A stretch of DNA of 64,000 bases. Source: Myxococcaceae bacterium (lineage in GTDB: Bacteria > Myxococcota > Myxococcia > Myxococcales > Myxococcaceae). The stretch is from contig DATIWB010000130.1 in NCBI GenBank assembly GCA_035519675.1, forward strand, positions 9,629-73,628, written 5' to 3'. The notes under the pieces were generated by a model. That model worked only from the letters and a program-made list of their open reading frames with translations. It was not told the DNA's origin and ran no database searches. How positions within the stretch are numbered: position 1 is the stretch's first letter; every line of letters starts with the position of its first letter. Below are positions 34,651 through 42,762 of this stretch, in pieces. The translations under genes and the position numbers were made by a program.

Positions 34651-35336
34651 CCGCCCTCGAGGTGCTGGCGGCGACCGCGTTCACCGCCGCGCTGTACTGG
34701 GCCTGCATCCTGTTGCAGCGGCGGTTCCGCCTGGCGCTCCTTCACCCGGTCCTCGTCGCGGTGCTGGTCGGGGGAACCCTGTTCGCGCTGCTGCCGCCAC
34801 GCTGGCTCGACGCCTACCTCGAGGGCTCCGCGCCAATCACCTGGCTGCTCGGGCCGGCGACCGCAGCGCTCGCCCTCCCCTTCTTCCGCCGCCGCGCGTT
34901 CCTCGCCGCCCACCCCTGGACCGCGCTGCTGACCGTCGTCGCCGGATGCGCGAGCACGGTGGCCGTGGTCTGGGGGCTCGGGGCGCTGCTCGGGCTGTCC
35001 CCTGCGCTGAGGTGGGCTGCGACCCTGAAGTCCGTCACCCTGCCGGTGGCGCTGGGGCTCGCCGAGGTGGTCCGGACGCAGCCCGGAGTCACCACCCTCT
35101 GCGTGTTCGCCAGCGGGCTCCTGGGCTCCGCGGTGGGTCCTGCGCTCCTGAGCTGGGCCCGGGTCCACTCACCCATGGCCCGGGGGCTGGCGCTGGGAAC
35201 GCTCTCCCACGTCCTCGGGACCGCCCGCGCACTCGAGGAGGATCCGCTGTCCGGGGCGGCCGGCGTCGTGGCGCTGACCCTGTCGGCGTTGCTGCTCGCC
35301 GCCGCGGCGATTTGCCTCTCGCTGCTGATCGACTGA
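34647..35336 (+). CDS. LrgB/CidB family membrane protein
   Basis: GTG start overlaps the LrgA-like stop (GTGA). Polytopic membrane protein with an LrgB-like pattern (LLGPATAALALPFF...). Confidence 0.8.
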   Translation: MTALEVLAATAFTAALYWACILLQRRFRLALLHPVLVAVLVGGTLFALLPPRWLDAYLEGSAPITWLLGPATAALALPFFRRRAFLAAHPWTALLTVVAGCASTVAVVWGLGALLGLSPALRWAATLKSVTLPVALGLAEVVRTQPGVTTLCVFASGLLGSAVGPALLSWARVHSPMARGLALGTLSHVLGTARALEEDPLSGAAGVVALTLSALLLAAAAICLSLLID

Positions 35337-35494
35337 CTCAGCGCCCGAAGACCGCCACCGGGAGCCCGCTCCCGCCCAGCGCGCCGACCACCGGGGCATC
35401 CATCATCGAGGACCTGAAGCCATGCATTCATGACCCGCCTCTACGAGCAGGCGGCTTCCGGATTGGGTGAAGTCGCCTGAAGGCGGCCGGCGAG

Positions 35495-35947
35495 TCAGCG
35501 CGCCGGCTCGAGCTTTCCCGGGCGGCGGAGCATCTTCTCGATGTCCATGACGTGGGTCTCCTCGCCGTGGACCATCTTCCGGGCGTACTCCTCGAGCACG
35601 ACGCTCTTCCCCTCCGTCAACTTCAGCAATTTCTTGTACGTGGCGACCCCCTCCAGCTCGTGCTCCAGCGCCTCGCGGAGGATCTGATCGATGTCGTGCT
35701 TGTGGGTCTCCAGCAGCTTGCCGATGGCGAGCGAGGGATGGCCGCCCAGCGCGGTCACGTACTCGCCGGCGGTCACCGCGTGGTCGAGCGCCTCCGTCGC
35801 CTGGGTGCGCATCCAGGAGACGATCGGGATGCGGGCATGCCCGAAGATCATCAGCGAGTAGTGCGAGTAGCGAACGACCCCCGCCAGCTCGAGCTCGAGG
35901 ATCTCGTTCAGCGTAGCGATCACCGCGGCCGACTCCGACTCGTTCAT
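35495..35947 (-). CDS. ferritin-like di-iron protein (bacterioferritin family)
   Basis: VIATLNEILELELAGV..., two ExxH pairs (ATEALDH, GEETHVM) and bridging Glu residues, consistent with a four-helix-bundle di-iron site. Confidence 0.8.
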   Translation of the reverse strand: MNESESAAVIATLNEILELELAGVVRYSHYSLMIFGHARIPIVSWMRTQATEALDHAVTAGEYVTALGGHPSLAIGKLLETHKHDIDQILREALEHELEGVATYKKLLKLTEGKSVVLEEYARKMVHGEETHVMDIEKMLRRPGKLEPAR

Positions 35948-36043
35948 GGTTTCACCTCGCGCCGACTGAAGTCCTGCCCGGCGTGGGAGACTCGCCGGAT
36001 CCCCGCGCCGACGTCCAGCCCGCCACCTCCCTTTCCGGGAGCC

Positions 36044-36712
36044 TCAGGCCGGGAGGCGGGGAGCAAGCTCGGCCAGTGAGCTCACCACCAGGTCCGGTTC
36101 GGCAATCCCTCCCCCGTCCCAGTGGGCTCGTGCCGAGCGGCGCACCCAGGCCGCCCGGAGGCCTGCCGACTTCGCGCCGAGCACATCCCAGGCGTTGGAC
36201 GACACCAGCCAGGTCCGCTCCGGGCTCCCGCCGCTGCGCCCCAGCAGGTGGCGGTACACGGCCGGGCTCGGCTTGTAGGTCTGCACCTCGTCGACACTCA
36301 CCACGTCGGTGAGCGGCGGCATGAGCCGAGCGTGGGTGAGGAGACCCCGGAGCGTCGCGCCAACTCCATTGCTGAAGGCGACCAGCCGGTGGCCGGCCTC
36401 GGCGAGCCGCGCCAGCCCGTCGTGCGCATCGGCGAAGGCCGGGAGCCGCTGGTAGACGTCGAGCAGGCCAGCCTCGGCGGTCCGCAGATCCACCCCCAGC
36501 ATCGCGGAGGTGGCGCGGAACGCCTGGCGGGTCACCACGTCGAAGTCGGCGTAGCGACCCATCAGCGCCCGGCGGAAGGTCCAGTCGATCTGCCGTTCGC
36601 GCCAGGTGGCGGCGAACCGCTCCGCGAGGTCCCCCACGTGCTCGCGCAGCGGAGCGTCCATCCCCAGCGGGTCGACCAGCGTCCCGTACACGTCGAAGCC
36701 GATGAACGCCAT
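36044..36712 (-). CDS. haloacid dehalogenase type II / HAD hydrolase
   Basis: ORF 36044..37123 trimmed to the Met of MAFIGFDVYGTLVD (DxYGTL motif). SNG... and the VQTYKPSPAVY...VSSNAWDV blocks. Confidence 0.8.
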   Translation of the reverse strand: MAFIGFDVYGTLVDPLGMDAPLREHVGDLAERFAATWRERQIDWTFRRALMGRYADFDVVTRQAFRATSAMLGVDLRTAEAGLLDVYQRLPAFADAHDGLARLAEAGHRLVAFSNGVGATLRGLLTHARLMPPLTDVVSVDEVQTYKPSPAVYRHLLGRSGGSPERTWLVSSNAWDVLGAKSAGLRAAWVRRSARAHWDGGGIAEPDLVVSSLAELAPRLPA

Positions 36713-36812
36713 GTGCCCTCCCCGGGGGTCCGGTCGCCGCCGGATGCTCCTCCTTCGCTGAAGGGCGAGCAATTGGCCGCCGCCGCCGCCCGACGTCGGT
36801 CCCGACGCTAGG

Positions 36813-38417
36813 ATGGCCGGCGTGCCAGCCCCGTCCGCCGAGGCGCGGAGGATTCGCGGCGAGTACTTCACGCCCCCACCGCTGGTGGACGCCGTGCTCT
36901 CGCTCGCCGTCCCCCACCTCGGTCCCGGCCCGGTCACCGTCGCCGACCCGGCGTGCGGCGACGGGGGGTTCCTTTCTGCCGCCGCCCGGGCGCTCCCGGC
37001 CGCCCGGCTGCACGGGCTCGAGCTGGACCTCGCGCACGCCGCGGCTGCCCGGCGCGAGGTTCCCGGAGCGCGCATCCTGGTGGGCGACGCGCTCCGGGGC
37101 GGATGGGACGCGTTGGTGCGCATCCTGCCTGACGACGGCGAGGAGCTCTGGCTGGGAAACCCGCCCTACAACGGCACCTCACCGCTGCTCGGCGATCCAC
37201 CGGCCTACCGTGCCCTGCGCGCCCGTCTCGGCCTCGACGGCGCCCTCCCTCGCGGCACCAGCCTCCGCGACGACTACGCCTTCTTCCTCCTCCTGGCCTC
37301 GGAGCGGCTGGCACGACGGCCCGGCGTCCTGGCCTGGGTGACCTCGGCCACCCTCCTCGACGCCTTTCTCTACGCCCCGCTCCGCCGCCGCCTCCTGGAC
37401 CGGCTCGGGCTGCGAGAGGTGGTCGACCTGGGCGCGGGCGTCTTCCCCGGAACGCGGGTGCGGACGTGCGTCACGGTCTGGCGGAGCCGGCACGGTCCGG
37501 CGCCCTCTCCCCGGTTCCGCGCCTGGGCGCCCGGCTCGAGGGCGGTGGAGCGCACCCGGCCGTGTCCCTTCCGGATCGACGGGCCGGAGTGGAGCCTGCG
37601 ACCGGTCCCCGCCGAGGCGGAGCAACTGGACAGGCACTGGCGCGCCCTGGGCCAGCCGCTCGACGTGCTCGTCCCGGTGAGCTGCAGCGGATTGAAGACC
37701 CGGTTCGACGAGCTGCTGGTCGACGAGGACGCGGAACGGCTCCTTGCCCGCGTGGATGCCTTCCTTCGCACCCGCGACCTCGAAGCGTTCGCGCGGGCGC
37801 ACCGGATTCCCCGGCCGCTGCTTCCCAAGCTGGAGGCGCTGCGCCGCTCACCCGGGCTCCCCGCACGGGCCGACCGGAACTCGGTGCGTCCCTTCCACCG
37901 CTGGGCGGGAGCGCGCCACCGCGGCGGCCTGCCCGAGAGCGCACGGGCGTTCTGCTACCTGGAGCGGCGGCTCATTCCCCGCGGGGACCACCGGCTGGTC
38001 GGCGCGTTCGACCCGCACGCCGGCGACTGCAAGCTGGTCTTCAACCTCCGGGAGCTGCCGCTCGCCGCCACCGCGCTCGAGTCCGAGGGCTGCGTCCCCG
38101 CCCACCGGCACACTCGCTTCGCCCCGCTGCTCGTGCCGGAGCGAGTGCGGAGCGATGGGCCGGCCGCGGGGCGCTCGGGCGGGAGCCTCGGTCCGCCGGT
38201 TCCGAACCTCTCTCCGGCCGGCCTCGCCTGGGCCGAGCGGGTGGGGGGTCCACGGCAGGCCTTCCGGCGCATCGCGGCCTTCATCAACTCGTCTGCGGTC
38301 CAGGAGGTCTGGGCGCCGGCCTTCGGCTGCAGCCGCGTCCTGCCGGTTCCACTGCACGACGGATGGCCGAGCCACCCGGAGGGGAGCCCTCTTGCGAGCG
38401 GCGCTGCCCGTGGGTGA
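36813..38417 (+). CDS. stand-alone N6-adenine DNA methyltransferase, Eco57I/MmeI/YeeA-like
   Basis: YFTPPPLV, SAM motif I VADPACGDGGFL, catalytic motif IV WLGNPPYNG. The C-terminal region resembles the MmeI-family C-domain. Confidence 0.75.
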   Translation: MAGVPAPSAEARRIRGEYFTPPPLVDAVLSLAVPHLGPGPVTVADPACGDGGFLSAAARALPAARLHGLELDLAHAAAARREVPGARILVGDALRGGWDALVRILPDDGEELWLGNPPYNGTSPLLGDPPAYRALRARLGLDGALPRGTSLRDDYAFFLLLASERLARRPGVLAWVTSATLLDAFLYAPLRRRLLDRLGLREVVDLGAGVFPGTRVRTCVTVWRSRHGPAPSPRFRAWAPGSRAVERTRPCPFRIDGPEWSLRPVPAEAEQLDRHWRALGQPLDVLVPVSCSGLKTRFDELLVDEDAERLLARVDAFLRTRDLEAFARAHRIPRPLLPKLEALRRSPGLPARADRNSVRPFHRWAGARHRGGLPESARAFCYLERRLIPRGDHRLVGAFDPHAGDCKLVFNLRELPLAATALESEGCVPAHRHTRFAPLLVPERVRSDGPAAGRSGGSLGPPVPNLSPAGLAWAERVGGPRQAFRRIAAFINSSAVQEVWAPAFGCSRVLPVPLHDGWPSHPEGSPLASGAARG

Positions 38418-38451
38418 GCCTCGCCCGCCGTCGAGTCGAGGAGTCCGAGCG

Positions 38452-38736
38452 ATGAGAACGAGAGCGTGGCTGGTCCTGGGGTGCGTGGTGGCAACGGGCG
38501 CGCGGGCGGCGGAAACGAAGCCGGGGCACGCCGGAGGCACGGCGGTGAAGCCGGTGGTGTGCCGCGCGGTGGCCGACGCCCTGGGCAAGGGCGGCCAGGA
38601 GCTGGCGCAGGCGCTGGAGCGGGATGCGATCGAGCTCGCCCCGAAAGGCTACGTGCTCGCGGCGCTGCTCCCGGGAGACCCACCGGTGGCCTGCTACCGA
38701 CACGAGGGCCCGCCGCCGAAGCCGGGCGCGCGGTGA
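38452..38736 (+). CDS. small secreted hypothetical protein
   Basis: ATG after GAGGAG. Signal peptide MRTRAWLVLGCVVATGARA. 94 aa. Confidence 0.45.
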   Translation: MRTRAWLVLGCVVATGARAAETKPGHAGGTAVKPVVCRAVADALGKGGQELAQALERDAIELAPKGYVLAALLPGDPPVACYRHEGPPPKPGAR

Positions 38737-38798
38737 GGCGGCCGTGCCGGGCGGACCCCGGGCCTGACCACTGAACGGATTGTCAGCCCCCAGATGTA

Positions 38799-39236
38799 GT
38801 GTATGCCCCCATGGAACGCACCGCCCGTCCGGCTCCGCTCCTGGAACAGCAGTCGCTGCTCGGCGGTGTGGACCTCGTGCGCCCAGGGTCCAGAGGCCGG
38901 AGCCAGGGCACCTCGGTCCACGTCGATCCGCGGTGGGAGATCGGCTTTGCCAAGGCCCTCGCGCTCGTGGTGGAGCACGGCCGCAAGGCCCGTGAAGCGA
39001 CGGAGCTTTCCCGCTGGAGCCGCTGCCCGCGTTGCCAGCGTGTCGGCGACACCCTGCGCGAGTTCGGCGTCCGCACCCTGCGGGGTCGGCGGGTGGCCCA
39101 GTCCTGGTGCCGGTCCTGCCGCGGCCCGGCCCTGGCCCCCGGCCCGCGCCGCCTCCCGGCCCAGGCCAGCTGGCTCGACCACGAGCCGAGCTCGCTGACC
39201 GCGGCCGCCCTGACCTCGCCGACTCTAGGACCCTGA
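38799..39236 (+). CDS. hypothetical protein with CPxC...CxxC zinc-ribbon
   Basis: ORF 38799..39236. CPRCQRVGDTLREFGVRTLRGRRVAQSWCRSC. GC3 is lower than in neighbouring genes. The 3' end runs into the 82-bp repeat. Confidence 0.3.
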   Translation: MYAPMERTARPAPLLEQQSLLGGVDLVRPGSRGRSQGTSVHVDPRWEIGFAKALALVVEHGRKAREATELSRWSRCPRCQRVGDTLREFGVRTLRGRRVAQSWCRSCRGPALAPGPRRLPAQASWLDHEPSSLTAAALTSPTLGP

Positions 39237-39360
39237 CCACACCTTGACCCGGATCTTGGCCGCGGCCGCCCTCACGCTGACTGCGGCCGCCCTGGCCTCG
39301 CCGACTCTAGGACCCTGACCACACCTTGACCCGGATCTTGGCCGCGGCCGCCCTGACTCA
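39195..39360. repeat. 82-bp tandem direct repeat (about 2.1 copies) punctuated by GCGGCCGCCCT (NotI palindrome) boxes
   Basis: Units start at 39195 and 39277 and are near-identical over about 66 nt (CTGAC[CT]GCGGCCGCCCTG[AG]CCTCGCCGACTCTAGGACCCTGACCACACCTTGACCCGGATCTTGGCC). GCGGCCGCC boxes sit at 39201, 39262, 39283 and 39344 (spacing 61/21/61). Confidence 0.85.
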
Positions 39361-41643
39361 GATGTAGCCGAACCGCCGGCGGAGCAGCCACTCGCCCCCG
39401 AGCAGCACGGCCAGCGCCACCAGCCAGCCCCAGCGGTCCCAGAGCGGCGCGTCCTTGCTCCGCCCCACCTCCACCAGCGGTGGATCCAGCAGGGGCGCGG
39501 CGGGAAGTCCGCCCATCGGCAGCTCGTAGGCGCGCCCCCCGGTGGCACGGGCGATGTCCGCCAGCAGCTCGGTCCGGACCGAGGCGTCAGCCATCTCCGG
39601 TCCCACCGATCGCACCGCCACCGCGTCGTCGGCCTCGCCCAGGTCCTTCCCGTTCAGCTTGGCCGTCGCCCGGAGCTTGTACGCGCCGGGCGGCACCGGG
39701 TCGAACGCCACCCGAGCCACCCCGTCGGGTCCGCCGTTCGCCACCCGCGTCTGGAGCACCTTCCGCTCGGTGAGCCCGAAGAGGTCCACCCGCACCTCGG
39801 CGGAGGCCGCGGGCTGATAGTCCGGCTGGCGCGCGGTGACCACCGCGCCCACCGGATGGCCCGGCTCGACCGTCGGCGGGTCGGCGGAGATCTGCAGCGA
39901 GGTCAGATCCGGGTCGCGCACCAGCCAGCGGAGGGCGTTGCTCCAGAACCGGTCGTAGTGGCGGTTCTGTTCGCCGGTGCGGCGGGCGGTGAAGGCCCAG
40001 GTCCAGCTGTCGTCCATCATCATCGCCATCGCCCGACCGCGGCCGTGCTCCCAGAGCGCGAGCACCGGGGCCGGCTGCCCGTTGACCTGGAGGTTGGGGT
40101 GGGCGAGCAGCACCGTCGCTCCCTGCTTCACCCGCACCACGTTCAGCCCGCTCGCCGGCGGCAGCTCGTCCCAGGAGGACTGCGTTCCGCCCTCCGTGGT
40201 CTGCACCCGCATCACCGGGTGCCGGAGCCCGTCGGCGGTGAGCTTCACCTTGAAAGGCTCGACCACCGCCGAGGCGCCGCTGGGGTCCACCGGGAGCGCG
40301 CGGTCCAGCACCGGGTAGGCCGCGCGGCCCTCGCCGAAGGCGTGGTCCCCGCCGATGACCAGGAGCGCGCCACCCCCCACCACGTACTGCTCGAGGTTGC
40401 GCTCGTAGCTGGCGATGGAGAGCGCCGGCTCGGCGTAGCCGAAGTTCTGGAACACCACCACGTCGAAGGTGTGGAGCTTGGTGTCGAAGATCTCCTCCAT
40501 CGGGAAGGGGATCAGCGACAGCTCGCGCTCGGGGTTCCGGGTCTGGGTGTCGTCCGAGGAGGTGCGCAGGATGTAGAACGAGACCAGGTCCACGTTCGGG
40601 TCCTGTCTCAACAGACCGCGGAGGAATCGCTCGTCCCAGCTCGGACGCCCCACCACCAGGAGCACCCGGACCCGGTCGCGGATGACCTTCAGCACGAACG
40701 AGCGGGTGTTGTTCTCCACCACCGCCTCGCCCGGGTACACCGGCGCTCCCACGGTGTAGACGAAGCGGCCGGTCTGGTCGGGGGTGAAGGTGAAGGAGAC
40801 CGGCGTGCGCTGATCGTCCTGGTCGAGGTGCACGGTGCGGGTGCCCACGGTGAGACCCTCACGCTGGAGCACCACCGGTACGTCGCGGCCCTTCAGTCCC
40901 CGGGCGTGCAGCTCGAGGTCCACCGTCACCGCGTTCCGGACGAAGGCGAAGTCGTCCACCTTCACCGCCTCCACCGCCAGATCCACCAGCGCCGGCTCGC
41001 CCACCCGGACGGTGGAGACCGGGAAGCCCAGGGTGCGCAGCTCGTCGGACTGGCGCGTCTGGAGCCCGGCCTGGAGCTCGACGTTGTCCGCCCCGTCCGA
41101 GAGCAAGATCGCCCCGGCGAGCTTGCGGCTGCCACCGGTGTCGGTCGCCTTCAGCGCTCGGAGCGCGGCCATGAGATCCGTCCGGTAGCCGGTGCCCGGG
41201 GTGCGGAGCGCCTCCAGCGAGACGGGCGCGAGCTCCGGAGAAAAGCCGAGGACCTCCACCTGGTACCGGTCGCGGAGGGCCTCGAGCCCGGGAGCGAAGC
41301 GGTCCAGCGCCTCGGCCGCCGCCGCCGCCCTGGTCGGACCATCGGGCCGCACCGGGAAGCCCATGCTCGCGCTCCGGTCCACCAGCACCGCGAGGCGGTT
41401 CTTCACCCGCACCTGGGCCAGCTGCCGCAGCCCGGGCTCGAGGAGGAAGAAGAGCGCCATCGCTCCGGCCAGCAGCCGGAGCACCAGGAGCACCCGACGC
41501 CGGAGCGTCGACGGCTCGCGCCGCAGCCCGAGCACCGCCAGCACCACCCCCGCCAGCACCAGGAGGGCGAGCAGACCGAGCGCCCAGGCCGGAAGCGGAG
41601 AGAGGCTCACCAGCCGCCAGGTGGTGGTGGTGCCCCCGTTCAT
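39358..41643 (-). CDS. BatA-N-terminal/vWA-like large membrane protein
   Basis: N-terminal two TM helices; LVDRSASMG (DxSxS MIDAS-like); C-terminal TM. Start overlaps the stop of the upstream DUF4159 gene. Confidence 0.75.
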   Translation of the reverse strand: MNGGTTTTWRLVSLSPLPAWALGLLALLVLAGVVLAVLGLRREPSTLRRRVLLVLRLLAGAMALFFLLEPGLRQLAQVRVKNRLAVLVDRSASMGFPVRPDGPTRAAAAAEALDRFAPGLEALRDRYQVEVLGFSPELAPVSLEALRTPGTGYRTDLMAALRALKATDTGGSRKLAGAILLSDGADNVELQAGLQTRQSDELRTLGFPVSTVRVGEPALVDLAVEAVKVDDFAFVRNAVTVDLELHARGLKGRDVPVVLQREGLTVGTRTVHLDQDDQRTPVSFTFTPDQTGRFVYTVGAPVYPGEAVVENNTRSFVLKVIRDRVRVLLVVGRPSWDERFLRGLLRQDPNVDLVSFYILRTSSDDTQTRNPERELSLIPFPMEEIFDTKLHTFDVVVFQNFGYAEPALSIASYERNLEQYVVGGGALLVIGGDHAFGEGRAAYPVLDRALPVDPSGASAVVEPFKVKLTADGLRHPVMRVQTTEGGTQSSWDELPPASGLNVVRVKQGATVLLAHPNLQVNGQPAPVLALWEHGRGRAMAMMMDDSWTWAFTARRTGEQNRHYDRFWSNALRWLVRDPDLTSLQISADPPTVEPGHPVGAVVTARQPDYQPAASAEVRVDLFGLTERKVLQTRVANGGPDGVARVAFDPVPPGAYKLRATAKLNGKDLGEADDAVAVRSVGPEMADASVRTELLADIARATGGRAYELPMGGLPAAPLLDPPLVEVGRSKDAPLWDRWGWLVALAVLLGGEWLLRRRFGYI

Positions 41644-42389
41644 CTCCGCTTCTTGAGAATCAGCGGGAGGTGCACTGCGTCGTCCTTGTAGTCGAGGCAG
41701 AGCCCGTACATGCAGACGTTGATCCCCACCCGCACCGCGAGCTCCCGCTGCGGCTCACCGCCCGGCGAGACCTCGTAGGCATAGGCCCCACCCTCGTCGC
41801 GCTCCCAGGCGCCGGCGAGGTCGTTCTGCGAGTACACCACCGCGGCCCGGTTGCCGAGGTTCACCATGTGCAGCTGCGGGTGGAGGAAGAGCCGTCCCGG
41901 GGCCGAGTCGAGCAGGTAGAAGGTCTTGAACAGCACGTGGGTGCTCGGCACCGGCTCCAGCGCCGAGCCCGGGAGCACCCGGGCCAGCTCTCGCCGGAAG
42001 CCGGTGTCGAACCCGCGCCCACCGCTTCCGTCGTTGGCGTCGGCCAGGACGAAGCCGCCGAAGGTCAGGTAGCGGCGGAGCGCCTCGACCTCGGGAGACG
42101 AGAGCGGCGGGAAGTCGCCGTCACCCCCGAAGTAGAGGAAGGGGTGGTCGAACAGCCGCGGGCTGGCGAGGGCGAGGCCGCGTGCCTCGGGCACCACCTC
42201 CACCGAGGTGCGCCGCTGCAGCTCCCAGGCGAGCCGCCGGAGGCCGGACAGCCGCCCATCCCACCGGCCGCCGTGCTGGGCGACACCGGGGACGAAGCGC
42301 GCTCCCTCTCCGAAGGCCAGCGCGCGGCGGCCCAGCGTCAGCAGTGGCAGGCTGCCCAGGAGGGCTCGTCGAGAGAGAGGAAACGCCAT
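41640..42389 (-). CDS. DUF4159 domain protein (Tat-type signal)
   Basis: SRRALLGSL twin-arginine-like N-terminus. FLYFGGDGDFPPLS...LRRYLTFGGFVLAD...CMYGLCLDYKDD matches my memory of DUF4159. Confidence 0.75.
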   Translation of the reverse strand: MAFPLSRRALLGSLPLLTLGRRALAFGEGARFVPGVAQHGGRWDGRLSGLRRLAWELQRRTSVEVVPEARGLALASPRLFDHPFLYFGGDGDFPPLSSPEVEALRRYLTFGGFVLADANDGSGGRGFDTGFRRELARVLPGSALEPVPSTHVLFKTFYLLDSAPGRLFLHPQLHMVNLGNRAAVVYSQNDLAGAWERDEGGAYAYEVSPGGEPQRELAVRVGINVCMYGLCLDYKDDAVHLPLILKKRR

Positions 42390-42504
42390 TCGCCAAGAGC
42401 CAGGGGCTCGCTTAGCACGCCCGACCGTGCAACAGCGGCGCCGGCGCGCTTCATCCTGCCCCCCAGGGCGTGTATAGACGGGCCCCGGCGTTCATCCCCC
42501 CGAC

Positions 42505-42762
42505 ATGAAGGCATCCGACTCCGAACCGGCCGAGGCGCTCCGCCGGGCCCAGCAGGCACTCAGCGCAGGCGACGTGGTGGCCGCCCGGCGGCTCGCCGAG
42601 AAGGCGCTGGCAGCAGGTCCGCGCGACACGGAGGCGGCCGAGGCCAGGGACATCCTGGCCCGGACCGGCGTCGCCTGGCGGCTGCTCGGCTACGGAGCGG
42701 TGGCGGCAGTCTGCTTCGTCCTCCTGGTCCTGGTGGCGCTGCTGCGGAGTGGACACTCGTGA
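42505..42762 (+). CDS. small C-terminally membrane-anchored protein
   Basis: 85 aa: a helical N-part and one C-terminal TM (LLGYGAVAAVCFVLLVLVALL). Its stop overlaps the next start (GTGA). Confidence 0.5.
   Translation: MKASDSEPAEALRRAQQALSAGDVVAARRLAEKALAAGPRDTEAAEARDILARTGVAWRLLGYGAVAAVCFVLLVLVALLRSGHS

Noticed and set aside
39195-39360. Possible CRISPR array
   Set aside because: There are only about two 82-bp units and they directly abut. There is no repeat-spacer alternation with unique spacers and no cas genes in the window.
36813-39360. Complete restriction-modification or BREX-like defence locus around the methyltransferase
   Set aside because: No nuclease, specificity subunit, ATPase, phosphatase or protease partner genes are adjacent. 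Only a small secreted protein and a doubtful zinc-ribbon ORF follow.
41670-42758. N-terminal 363 codons of ORF 41670..44162
   Set aside because: This part is antisense to the DUF4159 gene and runs across the divergent intergenic region. I trimmed the gene to GTG 42759, which overlaps the upstream small-ORF stop and is followed by a TM helix.
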